Assembly (NCBI RefSeq): GCF_031769215.1
Contig: NW_026781956.1
Coordinates: 124,001-188,000, forward strand
Length of the DNA stretch: 64,000 nt
Direction: 5' to 3'
Source: Ylistrum balloti
Lineage: Eukaryota
The translations under genes were made by a program, and so were the position numbers. The notes under the pieces were generated by a model that searched no databases, was not told the DNA's origin, and saw only the letters and a list, made by a program, of their open reading frames with translations. Below, piece by piece: positions 54,501 to 62,037 of this stretch; the stretch's first letter is position 1; each line of letters starts with the position of its first letter.

Positions 54501-57068
54501 CCTTGAATGTCATTATTCATCTTTTAACACAACTTCTCATCCCTTAGATACAACTATCCTTTTGTAAGCTTCTGAAGCAAACGTAAGTCAGCACAGATGG
54601 CGTTTTGTTCGTGGAAAAGTAATTTAAAAAGTATCCTGCCAGGTAATGGATGTAAATAGGCTGGTATTTGGAAATAACATGATGAATTAGTTAACATTGG
54701 CTTCAGTACGAAATTGGAATATGCGTTCTATAATTTGATCAGCAAACGTGTTCAAATTAGCGAATTAGAATGAAATTTAGAATGTAAAAGAAATTTGATG
54801 GAATTGTTCATCATCCGGTAGCCAGATTTGAACCTTTAGTGTTGAGATGGAAGATTGCTTTTTATCGTCTAATGCCACAAAAATATCCGTTACCTCAAAA
54901 CCAATACAAGTCTTGAAATATTGAGCACAAAATGCCCAGAGTGTAACCGTAATATCTGTTTTGATGGCAAATCAATGTTTACTAAATTTCAAAGACATTC
55001 AAATCAAATTGCTTTCATAAAAGCAAATCCATGATATGGTTTCGATGCCTACCAAGTTCCAAAGAAACTGGTTGAACTTGGTTGAAAATGTAGGAAATTA
55101 TCTGATATATGGAGTTCTATTCGCATAAAATCAAAGCAACAGCAACAGGTAACTCAGTACTCATGTAGAACCTACAATTTCAGCAAATATCAAAATTCTT
55201 GGTAGAGAGTAAATTCATGTATTAGGAATACAGCACTTTAAGGCATTTTCAGACACTATCACTACATATATGCTACATATAACTGACAGAAACATGCTGA
55301 AAACAAATCCAAAAACAAATTACCAACATCTATTCAGCTTACCTCTACCTGTAGTTGCTGGCTAGATCAAATCTTCTGTTTCTTGATAAATGTAATACAG
55401 TCATATTTAATCGAGCAAGGTGCAAACTTTTCATATATTCAATTGTGAAAAAATATCAAGGTCTCCATCCCACGGGATTTTTCTCCTTTCATTGAACGTA
55501 TAAGTTTGAATTTGTCGCTTTGTCTATGTAACTGCAGGCTCTATTATAATTTCATATTCAAGACACAGCTCATATTACATAATGAATATAGGCCGTATCA
55601 ATACATAGATAAAGCGAATTTTCTCCCATTTTTATGTTTTTATCTTCACAATCTGTACATGAGTAATTTTTCCTTTTTACCGAAATGCATTTTGGGAGAA
55701 ACTGATATTTCCATTTGATGCAAATACGGTGATCTGATTGAATGACAATGACTGAAAATATCAAACATGTTATATTCACTGATAGAAATTGTCGCTGAAA
55801 GACGTATATTTTCACTGAAAACTTTGAAGTTCTAGTGATAAAGATGTAACAGAACAGATAAAAGATAAAACCAAGGAGAAGCGTAGCGCCTTCCTTCACA
55901 TCATTATGCCTCTAACCGTATTTTTTTCGTGTTATTTCTTTGAAATCGTATTTTTTTCGAAAAGTTCGATAAAGGTTACTTGCTACCATTAGATGTATAA
56001 GGTATGATTTCATCTCCAGTAGCTAGTATGTGTCTTAACGCGCAAGTAGCCAGTATTTGTGTTGACGATCAAGAATCCAATTTTCGTGTTACCAATCAAG
56101 TAGCCAGTATTTGTGTTAACGATTATGTAGTCAGTATTTGTGTTAACGATCAAGAACCCTGTTTTTGTGTTAACGATCAACTAGCCGGTATTTGTCTTAA
56201 GGAGCAAGTAGCCAGTGAATTTGTTAATGATCCAGAAGCCAGTAGTTTTGTTAACGATCAATTAGTCAGGAAATGTGTTAATGATCAAGAAGCCAGTAGT
56301 TTTGTTAATGATTAAGAAGACAGTATTTTTGTTAATGATCCAGAAGCCAGTATTTGTGTTACCTATCAATTAGTCAGTAAATTTGTTAATGATCAAGAAA
56401 CCAGTATTTTTGTTAATGATCAAGAAGCCAGTATTTTTGTTAATGATCCAGAAGCCAGTATTTGTGTTAACTATCAATTAGTCAGTAAATTTGTTAATGA
56501 TCAAGAAACCAGTATTTTTGTTAACGATCAAGAACCCAGTTTTTGTGTTAACGATCAAGTAGCCAGTAAATTTGTTAATGATCAAGAAGCCAGTTTTTGT
56601 GTTAACGATCATGTAACCAATATTTATCCAAACGATCATGTAGCCAGTATTTATAAAACTATCAAATAACCAGTATTTGTCTTTTCATAAGATCAGAGAA
56701 AACGGTATTATTCAAACTTTATAGTCTATGTTATTGAACCTTTTAAAAACTAATCATAATTTGATATTAGGTGATTTAAAAATCACAATTTCGCGGGTAA
56801 CATTAATTTAGAATAAGAAAGTAACTAATGTGTTTTGTTATGCATGCATCTTTTATCTCTTTACTTACCTCCTACTTAACACAAAGCTATTACTATAAAC
56901 CCATAACAAGAACATAACATTTGTTTGTTAAGTGTAACCAAACAAGCACATAACCTTTAAAAAGAAATGTACTTATGTAAAATTTATCATCTTACCTTCC
57001 TTCGCTCTAGCTGGAGAGTATAGATAAACAACACAAATATATAAAGCAAGGATTGATAGTCGGGCCAT
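419..57068 (-). CDS. Giant secreted multi-exon FCGBP/zonadhesin-like protein: signal peptide + 20 DUF3011/ADEL-lectin-like domains + 25 EGF-like domains + 5 VWD-C8-TIL modules; 3' end lies beyond the left edge
   Basis: 66 exons assembled by eye. Each has AG/GT ends, and adjacent exon phases match (SP x-1; ADEL-A 1-1; EGF-A 1-1; ADEL-B 1-1; EGF-B 1-1; VWD1 1-0; VWD2 0-2; C8 2-1; TIL 1-0; linker/EGF 0-1). Sum 73+15x204+14x108+5x1554+117=12,532 nt nominal. Two exons at 31.0-31.9 kb carry -2/-1 indels. The domain names rest on recognised motifs (GDPH, GICGDCNG, TIL Cys spacing, CxCxxGY/F..C). Confidence 0.88.
2055..3959 (+). mobile_element. Internally deleted Spy-type (PIF/Harbinger-ISL2EU-related) DNA transposon, 1,905 bp, in an intron of the giant gene
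   Basis: Imperfect TIRs: GGGCCTGTTTCCA (2055-2067) and TGGAAACCAGCCC (3947-3959), 11/13 match. Flanks are AAA (2052-2054) and TTT (3960-3962) with no TSD, the established Spy insertion signature. Contains a transposase C-terminal fragment. Confidence 0.72.
2691..3086 (+). pseudogene. 5'-truncated transposase C-terminus with SWIM-type zinc finger (YYCQCPVGERTMGMCAHISSILYYLG)
   Basis: Open frame from VLFPRLDLDYLRTITCGTYQI through IHSRHKSQTKYNVWI to CxC..CxH. It begins abruptly after an A-run, with no DDE core upstream. Confidence 0.7.
4871..4919 (-). pseudogene. Truncated relic of a third lectin-domain exon (IYVEEGCRGKFIVKFK|gtaagt)
   Basis: Matches the last 16 codons of ADEL-A (MYVKDGCRGKFIVKSE) with synonymous differences and an intact phase-1 donor. 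An in-frame TAA lies two codons upstream, where the sequence switches to ADEL-A downstream-intron sequence. Confidence 0.8.
5193..5396 (-). CDS. Diverged terminal ADEL-A' lectin-like exon (204 nt, phase 1-1): (K)CHKDTIVCSSKGLQRATCETKFSIHSARLTKEYSESICAKGKSYGVTKRGKMYVKDGCRGKFIVKSE
   Basis: ttattacag|AA acceptor, GAAG|gtaaga donor, same length as the other copies. Absent from the ORF track because it has no upstream start codon. Confidence 0.85.
6654..6846 (-). CDS. Unit 1 exon: post-TIL linker + EGF-like (IGDKYVTDDCRKEYQC...GCDKAAKCNVKDGRKQCVCLPGYQGNGKHCT), 193 nt, phase 0-1
   Basis: caacag|ATT acceptor, ACAA|gtaatt donor. Lies within ORF 6640-6882. Confidence 0.88.
7163..7368 (-). CDS. Unit 1 exon: TIL domain (PMICNENEEYSHEVAACQDTCGEP...CVCKEGYVRNDLTCVKADDCGCSLDGHYFK), 206 nt, phase 1-0
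   Basis: ttgaaag|CG acceptor, AAG|gtaaag donor, canonical TIL cysteine spacing. Confidence 0.9.
7692..7990 (-). CDS. Unit 1 exon: C8 domain (CKRDGHPFEKC...YCGILRGQEGPF...CIIDVC...ACSSIEDFVSTLGDYGIQVSWRTTKFC), 299 nt, phase 2-1
   Basis: ttttttcag|T acceptor, TGCC|gtgagt donor. The C..L....GPF, C..DVC and WR...FC motifs are typical of C8 after VWD. Confidence 0.88.
9177..9472 (-). CDS. Unit 1 exon: VWD domain C-terminal half (VDDLKVRLPF...ITWDGRSRVKVKVPKSYSGHLKGICGDCNG...IGESYRV), 296 nt, phase 0-2
   Basis: ttgaatag|GTG acceptor, AAAGT|gtgagt donor, VWD motifs WDG...V.VP..Y.G...GICG. Confidence 0.92.
9775..9819 (-). mobile_element. Truncated tRNA-derived SINE-like head (A-box only), repeated in the VWD1-VWD2 intron of all five units
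   Basis: The minus strand reads GGTCGGGTGGCGCAGTGGTAACGCACTCGCCTTTCACC, resembling a tRNA acceptor/D-arm with A-box TGGCGCAGTGG. No B-box or T-arm follows, so it is not an intact tRNA. Copies lie near 18.15, 27.75, 38.5 and 46.9 kb. Confidence 0.45.
11167..11411 (-). CDS. Unit 1 exon: VWD domain N-terminal half with GDPH motif (ESCMCSVYGDPHYRTYDGQMIHFMGTCRYTL...), 245 nt, phase 1-0
   Basis: tgtttag|AG acceptor, AAG|gttagt donor, hallmark GDPHY.TYDG...F.G.C.Y.L. Confidence 0.93.
11754..11858 (-). CDS. Unit 1 exon: EGF-B (EKCRDSNTCGRNAEKKKGKCTCKKGYFGDPFDNCE), 105 nt, phase 1-1
   Basis: acattcag|AA acceptor, GAAG|gtagga donor. It is in a different frame from the listed ORF 11661-11930, so the track misses it. 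Confidence 0.85.
12181..12390 (-). CDS. Unit 1 exon: ADEL-B lectin-like domain (ESSPNCDREITCESTKRRFRRCPLGERFKKVVLVKQYSKASCREKETFGLRGRFLFVKKGCRGLFNVTKP), 210 nt, phase 1-1
   Basis: taacag|AA acceptor, CCAG|gtgggt donor. DUF3011-type pattern C.S......C......V.L.KQYS...C.....FG.....FV..GCRG.F. Confidence 0.85.
12583..14432 (-). CDS. Lectin-EGF array, 2 pairs: ADEL-A 14229-14432 and 13028-13231; EGF-A 13784-13891 and 12583-12690
   Basis: ADEL-A exons are 204 nt (acag|AA ... GAAG|gtaaga). EGF-A exons are 108 nt (tttag|AA ... AAAG|gtatat) and encode ECNKADEEQCGKNEERVNGECVCISGYESDKNGKCK. EGF-A is not in the ORF track. Confidence 0.87.
15028..20774 (-). CDS. Core unit 2 (7 exons, 1,554 nt): ADEL-B 20565-20774, EGF-B 20138-20242, VWD1 19553-19797, VWD2 17563-17858, C8 16068-16366, TIL 15539-15744, linker/EGF 15028-15220
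   Basis: Near-identical to unit 1. Coordinates come from offsets of the matching ORFs, spot-checked at splice sites. Confidence 0.87.
20967..24029 (-). CDS. Lectin-EGF array, 3 pairs: ADEL-A 23826-24029, 22623-22826, 21412-21615; EGF-A 23381-23488, 22178-22285, 20967-21074
   Basis: Same exons and splice sites as the 12.6-14.4 kb array. Confidence 0.87.
24625..30367 (-). CDS. Core unit 3: ADEL-B 30158-30367, EGF-B 29731-29835, VWD1 29148-29392, VWD2 27157-27452, C8 25665-25963, TIL 25136-25341, linker/EGF 24625-24817
   Basis: Near-identical copy with one visible N-to-D change in VWD2 (TEDG vs TENG). Confidence 0.87.
30560..34797 (-). CDS. Lectin-EGF array, 4 pairs: ADEL-A 34594-34797, 33398-33601, 32190-32393, 31005-31206 (202 nt, frameshifted); EGF-A 34149-34256, 32953-33060, 31754-31860 (107 nt, frameshifted), 30560-30667
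   Basis: Same exon family. A 2-nt deletion near 31153 and a 1-nt deletion near 31846 are visible by comparison with sister copies. Confidence 0.82.
35393..41135 (-). CDS. Core unit 4: ADEL-B 40926-41135, EGF-B 40499-40603, VWD1 39914-40158, VWD2 37925-38220, C8 36433-36731, TIL 35904-36109, linker/EGF 35393-35585
   Basis: Near-identical copy; splice sites retained where checked. Confidence 0.87.
41328..43176 (-). CDS. Lectin-EGF array, 2 pairs: ADEL-A 42973-43176 and 41773-41976 (variant QKDTINCSSNYFQP); EGF-A 42528-42635 and 41328-41435
   Basis: Same exon family; the variant patch is visible in ORF 41741-41986. Confidence 0.87.
43772..49506 (-). CDS. Core unit 5 (most N-terminal): ADEL-B 49297-49506, EGF-B 48870-48974, VWD1 48286-48530, VWD2 46297-46592, C8 44812-45110, TIL 44283-44488, linker/EGF 43772-43964
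   Basis: Near-identical copy. Confidence 0.87.
49699..52761 (-). CDS. N-terminal lectin-EGF array, 3 pairs: ADEL-A 52558-52761, 51352-51555, 50144-50347; EGF-A 52113-52220, 50907-51014, 49699-49806
   Basis: Same exon family; all three lectin copies differ from each other in protein sequence. Confidence 0.87.
56017..56681. repeat. 27-bp minisatellite (~24 degenerate copies, consensus near GTTAATGATCAAGAAGCCAGTATTT(G/T)T) in the first coding intron
   Basis: Periodicity is directly visible; ORF 56004-56315 shows the resulting 9-aa NDQ.AS..V period. Confidence 0.9.
56996..57068 (-). CDS. First coding exon: signal peptide MARLSILALYICVVYLYSPARA-KE, phase-1 donor
   Basis: caagATGG start; basic N-region, hydrophobic core and A-R-A cleavage motif; GAAG|gtaaga donor in the phase needed to join ADEL-A at 52761. 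A tttcaatttctag| acceptor at 57093 implies an upstream non-coding exon. Confidence 0.85.
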
Positions 57069-57790
57069 CTTGAACTGGACGTTGGCTCCTTGCTAGAAAT
57101 TGAAACAATTTCCGAACTTATATAGGAACCGCTAATCACTACGTCATCACTTTCATTATATCATAGATTTCAATTGTTAAGGGGTAACAATGGGTGAAAT
57201 GGGGACTTCGATCTTGTAAAGAGGTTACTAGAGGTGAAATATTTGTATTCTCGTCCATTATACTGTCTTCAAAGTCAAATTCCCAAGTTTTATAAAAGCT
57301 ATAATTACTGAACATTTTGCCCATTTCCAAATAATAAATAATTTGTTACACTATATTTTAAAACAAACTTTTTATCAATAATTGCCAATGAGATGCACCA
57401 ATCATATCGAGTAGAGATATCACATGACATCTACATAGTGTTGTCAACCCCTTGCATTGACAGTGTGACAGTTTGTCGTTTGTTAGTATTTTGTTGTTAT
57501 CTCCATCAGACTCAGAGCGTACTGATCGCATTAAATTCCTATACAGCTTATCATGTGTGCTGACGGTCGCCTTTATTATCGTATATCATTCGTAAATATC
57601 AAAACATATTTTCTTTTCAAATGTGAAGTAAATGGGGAAAATATGTCTAGGTCATCTCGTACATTGTGTTAAAATCTCTTTGTATATTCTATACTTAATT
57701 TACGTCACAAATTCACAATAAGACGATTAGTTAAATCACATCAGAGAGCAATTTAGGTTCGACTGTCATTAACTACTTCAACGCTTCTTA

Positions 57791-58022
57791 TCAAATAACA
57801 CAGTTCCTAATTTATACTTCTGATCAATTAACGCAGTTCATAATATATACTTCTGATCAAATATCACATTTACTAATATACACTTCTGATCAAATAACAC
57901 AGTTCCTAATATACAATTCTTTTCATATAACACAGTTCCTAATATACACTTCTTTTCATATAACACAGTTCCTAATATATACTTCTGATCATATAACACA
58001 GTTCCATATATACACTTTTAAA
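57791..58022. repeat. 33-bp minisatellite, ~7 copies (TCAAATAACACAGTTCCTAATATATACTTCTGA)
   Basis: Units start at 57791, 57824 and onward; directly visible. Confidence 0.9.
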
Positions 58023-60284
58023 CCAATGTTACCAATGAACAGAACCGTGTGTCAGTGTCATTTTTATTAACAATATTACCATAGCTATCGAATCTCTGTT
58101 AGTTACTTAAATACAGGACTTAACCTATATTGTATTTTGTACAAAACAGATCTTTTCAGCGTTGAAAAAGTGTTTTATATAACCGTCCACCCCAAAACTT
58201 CTGAAACAGTTAAACGTAAAGAGTTTGACAAGCTTTATAGAAACATCGTCAAGCGTTTGACAATTGTTACAAAAATAATTTAATGTATGGAGTTTAATAA
58301 GTTCCTGATGATGATTGAATTTGACATTAATTGTTTAAAATAATAACACCCTGATTGTTTGATTTATTAATTAATTATCAATTAAAAAGTTAACCATCAG
58401 AAAGGTAAATCAACAGGTAGAACAGACGGTCCCATACAGTTATTACAATAAAACATCAGTCACTAGCGTATTTCAAGCAGCTGGCGTGCGCGTGGGACTT
58501 CGCTGCAAGGTTGGTCAATTTATCAATACGAAATGACAAAGGTAAGAACATTTCTGAGCAGCTATTTATCGAAGGACTGATATGAAACTAACAACCAACA
58601 ATGATAGCATTGTAGAGGTAATATTATAATATACTATATATGGTAGAGAATCATTGCTTTTCTTAGAAATGCTCGCAATCTGTACAAGTAACAACATCCT
58701 TCTTAGTAAGAAATAAACCAGTTATATCAGACAGCGGTATCTCGTTTAGTTCTCATGATTGAATTCGATCGTATTTTGTGTTGTAGATAAAGCATCATTA
58801 TTAAGTGTAACGAAATAATTTGAGTGATACCAAAATAGAAGTACCAGCTTGTGGATAAGCTATTCCTAGAACCGAATCAGCTAGTATTATTAGAGGTGAG
58901 AAAAGTTGACAAAGATTGTTAGAGAATTCGTGCATTCACGACTAAATAAGGGGAATGTGGTGTATTTCATCCATTCATAATCAAGTGATTCCAAATCTAT
59001 TATCGAGAATGAAGATGATAAATACAGATTTCGTCAATTCACAATTGAGTAAATAGATTGAGGATAATTGATAAAGATGTAGATATGTACGTATGCCACA
59101 GAAGTTTTCCTTTCGTAGGGAACTCCTCTTATTGAATAGATATGATCTCCATTATAAGTACATGTATGTAGATATAGATGTTTCTATAGAAATTCTCTCC
59201 TTTGATACTCATATTGGTTATAATTGACATAAAATCTGTCAATTGGTTCTGACAATTGACTTTTATCCCGTTCTCTGTAATAGATAATTAACCATTATCA
59301 AGTTATAAAAATGGTTTTATTGATACAGAGAAGTAAACACCAGGTGTGCGTACGGTATTCAAAACCGCCTCTGTTAATCCTGTAGCGAATGATTCACATT
59401 CCTCCTTCATCTGTTCGTACTAAAAACATCAAAAGCAACTGAAACTTTCATAATTGACATACAACCTTTTGCGGTAAAATGATGCAGATATCAGCGTCTG
59501 ATATATCGCAGGTTGAGAATAAAAAAACAAGGTTTTTGACAGTTTCATATTTCCTTTGAAACATTGTAATTATCATCCATGTGTCACATTGTTGAAATAG
59601 ATATCCAGCAATGGATGTTTGACCCATGATGATAGTTTTCCCGTGTCAGTATCCCGGTTCCTATTTTAAGAGCATATCATAATTAATAGTTAATATCAAT
59701 TTATTGTGGTTGGTCAAAAGGCTTCTTCCTGAACATCTGGTGTTCGCGCGTTGAGAAAGTTTTCATTGTATTTTTTCTTATTCTATATTCTTCTCATTTC
59801 ATCAAATTTGCATTACAGATTTATTTAAAATGCGATGTTGCGATGTTTTCTGGTTGTCTATGCGTCACTGCTTAAAAACCATCAACTCATTTTCAAAGTA
59901 AAATATTTCTTATCAGTAGTTAAAATGTAACAAAACGTTATTTTTGTCTGTTTTTATTTCAAAATAAACTTGTAATGACCTCTAAATGAACATTTCAATT
60001 AACAAATAAAAAAAATATCTGCAAATAAGAAATTGTTTGAATTCCTATTCAAAACTTAACTTTTTAACACATCCCTCTCCTAAACTTCACTTCTCTAATC
60101 AATTTTAACTGCATTAAAACCATTCTATAAGAATTAGGATGAAATTGTATTGTCAATATTTACAGAGTTTTCAATGATTTAGCGATAATCATACTTCATT
60201 GGTAGACATAGTTTAAACATTTGTAAATTACTAACTTGTAGGTTATAGATTGTAAAATACCTGAAAACATCTTTTTTCAAACAG

Positions 60285-60690
60285 AACAAGAAAAAACAGT
60301 ATGAGATTTTGACAAGAGCTATTGATGAAGAAAAGGGAATTGACACCAAAATACACATCCAAAGACAGTGGTTTACCTAGTCTAACAATTGTGGACCAAG
60401 TCACAGGAGAAGTAGCTTAACAAGACAAGCTTTCTATACCTATGACCATATAGACGAATTCTGCGGAAACGGCTCCACCAGACTACATTTCTTAAAAGGG
60501 TCAACATGGTTTTCTTTCTGCATGGCAACATTTGAGGACATTTACGATCTACTTTGTGGAAAACAACACTAACCCCATCAGACTCGATTTTTTGAGAAAG
60601 AGCCTACTGACCGTTGGTTCATTAATTCAATGAAGAGGAATCTTCATCTGACTGAAAAAAATGTCTTCAGAAGGCAGGGCTATAATGGCA
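60285..60690 (+). mobile_element. Degenerate pogo/Tc1-mariner-like transposase N-terminal (helix-turn-helix) fragment
   Basis: The broken frames read ..TPKYTSKDSGLPSLTIVDQVTGEV* (HTH_psq-like) and ..EKEPTDRWFINSMKRNLHL (like the CENP-B-type P...W...FMKR motif). Stops and frameshifts are present. Resemblance recognised by eye only. Confidence 0.4.
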
Positions 60691-61920
60691 AACATAATGT
60701 TTATTGATGTCATTTATAAGAAATATTGTAGATGTTTTCATTCGGTGCTCTATCATATCATCTTATGTTTCTTTGAAATGTTAGTGTGTTGACTTTACCC
60801 TAACCTATGTAGATGTGATGTAATCACTTGTAGAGAGTTTTTACTGGTCTCGTCTAGTGGGAATTCCTTTAATCAATCGGTAAGGAGTCTCCGTCCAATG
60901 GTCAAAATGCCGCTTAATTAAAATTCTGTCAAAATAATCAATATTATCAATTATCAATAATTATCAGTTTAATACTTCAGTTCGTTAGTTATATTTTACT
61001 TCAGTAATACATTTCTATCATAATTCAAACGAATTTTCCAAAGGATTTTTTTCATGTATCAAAATCAAATATTAAGATAGATAGTATCAAAACAATCATT
61101 CAGCTGATTGATATATGACTTAACAATTGTGTCATTACTTATGTGTTCGATGAAAGTTATGGCATCATTATAGGACTTGAATTTAGGTAACACTATTAGG
61201 ACTTCTCGCACTAACGCCAGCTTTGTGATGGTCTTCTTTTCGGACAATTCAACAACAAAATAAAAGAGAAAAGAAAGAGAGAGGAAAATAAAAAACAAAA
61301 CAAAACAAAAACGTTGAATCAAAAAGGAAATTGGGTAGACAGAAAGAATGATACCATGTCTGATAATTAATAGGAGAATGATGATGGTCATGATGTAACC
61401 AGAGAGATCCTGTAATTGAGAGTGCCATGACGTCATGGGCATGTTATGATGGGCGTAATGTGGGGTTTCATAAGCAGTGTATGACAATTGATTGTTTTGG
61501 GAGAACATCTCTGTGTAGGCAATGTTTATGAAAGGGTGAGCATGAAAACCTGATGATTTTTTTTCAAAAATATGTTCCGATAAGAGTGAATTTAATGTAT
61601 TTATTTCTCTACTCTATTCTATTTTTATAACTATATATGAATCACAAAAATCTTATGTTTATTCAACATATATACGTCAACCATATATTGCTATGGTATA
61701 TATCTGCAGTTGTATATATAGAGATTACACAACGAGTGGTTGTTGGATAGTCGGACAGTGATGCATTACCCTGCATTGTGAAAGCAGGAGATTTTTATAA
61801 ATTTATATTAGTGTTAAACTGTTTGGGATTTAATTCTTTAAACAAGGTAAGTGTTCATGTACTCGTAACGATTAAGGCCCTAATGATCAAGTTGAGATAT
61901 TTCAATGTGAAAATAGTTTG

Positions 61921-62037
61921 TATCTGCATAATCTGATTTAGGGGTAATCCTTTGTCATTGAGTTTTTGTACAAGGTACTTCCTGGCACTATGGTTTGTCA
62001 GTCTTTTTCCGTTATTGTTACTCCCAGACTTGTTCAT
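61921..62037 (-). mobile_element. Crypton-like tyrosine-recombinase (DUF3504-type) C-terminal fragment: GKRLTNHSARKYLVQKLNDKGLPLNQIMQI
   Basis: The H-x-x-R motif in TNHSARK..VQKL...G.P..QIMQI is characteristic of Crypton/ZMYM/KCTD1/QRICH1 DUF3504 proteins. It is cut before the expected TGH and catalytic Tyr. Confidence 0.7.

Noticed and set aside
55343-55348. Possible in-frame 6-nt micro-exon (cag|GTAGAG|gtaagc) in the first coding intron
   Set aside because: No polypyrimidine tract precedes it, and it cannot be distinguished from chance without RNA data.
55570-55899. Hydrophobic N-terminus MKEGATLLLGFIFYLFC as the signal peptide
   Set aside because: It has a GTG start, no suitable phase-1 donor and a low-complexity continuation. 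The 57068 exon fits far better.
56004-56315. 103-aa ORF with NDQ repeats
   Set aside because: It is a translation of the 27-bp minisatellite; the same frame hits a stop while the repeat continues.
56017-58022. Short repeats as a CRISPR array
   Set aside because: The repeats are head-to-tail with no unique spacers, there are no cas genes, and the context is eukaryotic.
61065-61508. 147-aa ORF with a hydrophobic stretch
   Set aside because: The hydrophobic part comes from an A-rich low-complexity tract (aaaacaaaac), and there is no domain signal.
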